A model generated the notes under the pieces. It saw nothing but the letters and a program-made list of their open reading frames with translations. It had not been told where the DNA came from and did not search any database. A stretch of DNA of 63,922 nucleotides, the filler included, from Chiloscyllium plagiosum (lineage: Eukaryota), in assembly GCF_004010195.1 (NCBI RefSeq). It is 4 parts of one record of this genome, joined end to end, with 100 filler letters (N's around TTAATTAATTAA, not from the genome) between each part and the next. Parts side by side here need not be neighbours in the genome. Positions count along the whole stretch, not along the records: positions 57,932 to 63,922 come from NC_057711.1; 3 more parts are not named here. One strand, written 5' to 3'. Made by a program: the position numbers and the translations under genes. Shown here piece by piece: positions 63,177 to 63,922 of this stretch (the first letter of the stretch is position 1; every line of letters starts with the position of its first letter).

Positions 63177-63420
63177 GTATGTGGACAAAGAGAGGGTTTC
63201 CGTTGAAAAGGATCTGAGACTGGGTGGTATTGTGCACCGTTCCAAATGCATCAATGAGTTTCAAATGCTGATATCGTACAACATTCAGTGATGTCACAAA
63301 TGTATGCCAATGGAACAAAATTCAAGCCACATCTGTAATTTCCCAAAATCCAGTCTATTGCGTTGAGGAAGGGACAATGGAGGGCTGGCAGATCAGCCAT
63401 TATAAAGAAGTTAAAAATCA

Positions 63421-63922
63421 TCCTTTGAATCCTCCCACTTCCTCCAGACCAAAGGGGTAGCCATGGGCACACGTATGGGCCCAAGCTATGCCTGTCTCTT
63501 TGTTGGCTACGTAGAGCAGTTGATCTTCCGTAATTACACCGGCACCACTCCCCACCTCTTCCTCCGCTACATTGATGACTGCATTAGCGCCACCTCATGC
63601 TCCCACGAGGAGGTTGAGCAATTCATCAACTTCACCAACACTGACCTTAAATTTACCTGGACCATCTCTGACACCTCCCTCCCCTTCCTGGACCTCTCCA
63701 TCTCCATCAGTGACGACCGACTTGACACTGACATCTTCTACAAACCCACCGACTCCCACAGCTACCTGGATTACACCTCTTCCCACCCTACCTCTTGCAA
63801 AAATGCCATCCCGTATTCCCAATTCCTCCGCCTCCGCCGTATCTGCACCCAGGAGGAGCGGTTCCACCATAGAACACACCAGATGGCCACCTTCTTTAGA
63901 GACCGCAATTTCCCCTCCCACG
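63421..63922 (+). mobile_element. Penelope-like (Neptune) reverse transcriptase, runs off the window
   Basis: QTKGVAMGTRMGPSYACLF...FLRYIDDC; LPFLDL; DIFYKPTDSHSYLDYTSSHP; NAIPYSQFLRLRRIC (one frameshift). Confidence 0.92.

Overview
Repeat-dominated eukaryotic DNA from a cartilaginous fish. HE1-type tRNA/V-SINEs and their partner CR1-clade LINEs point to a shark. The window is not one contiguous locus: three artificial 100-bp linkers (44 N + TTAATTAATTAA + 44 N) split it into four segments (1-15600, 15701-46730, 46831-57831, 57932-63922). Host coding sequence is limited to two internal NUP155 exons (8768-8830, 9305-9464, +), two 3' exons of FYB1/ADAP (58900-58933, 63133-63176, +) and one orphan fibronectin-type-III-like exon (30515-30958, -). 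The orphan exon lies inside a complex templated insertion flanked by an identical 181-bp duplication and containing an inverted copy of nearby DNA. The rest is decayed CR1, L1, RTE and L2-like LINEs, Gypsy and Gmr1-like LTR elements, HE1 SINEs and several Penelope-like families. Short TSD-flanked hairpin derivatives of the Penelope families carry minimal hammerhead ribozyme cores. Most ORFs in the supplied track are transposon fragments or spurious. All identifications are by eye and from recalled family motifs; no searches were run, and most repeat boundaries are approximate.
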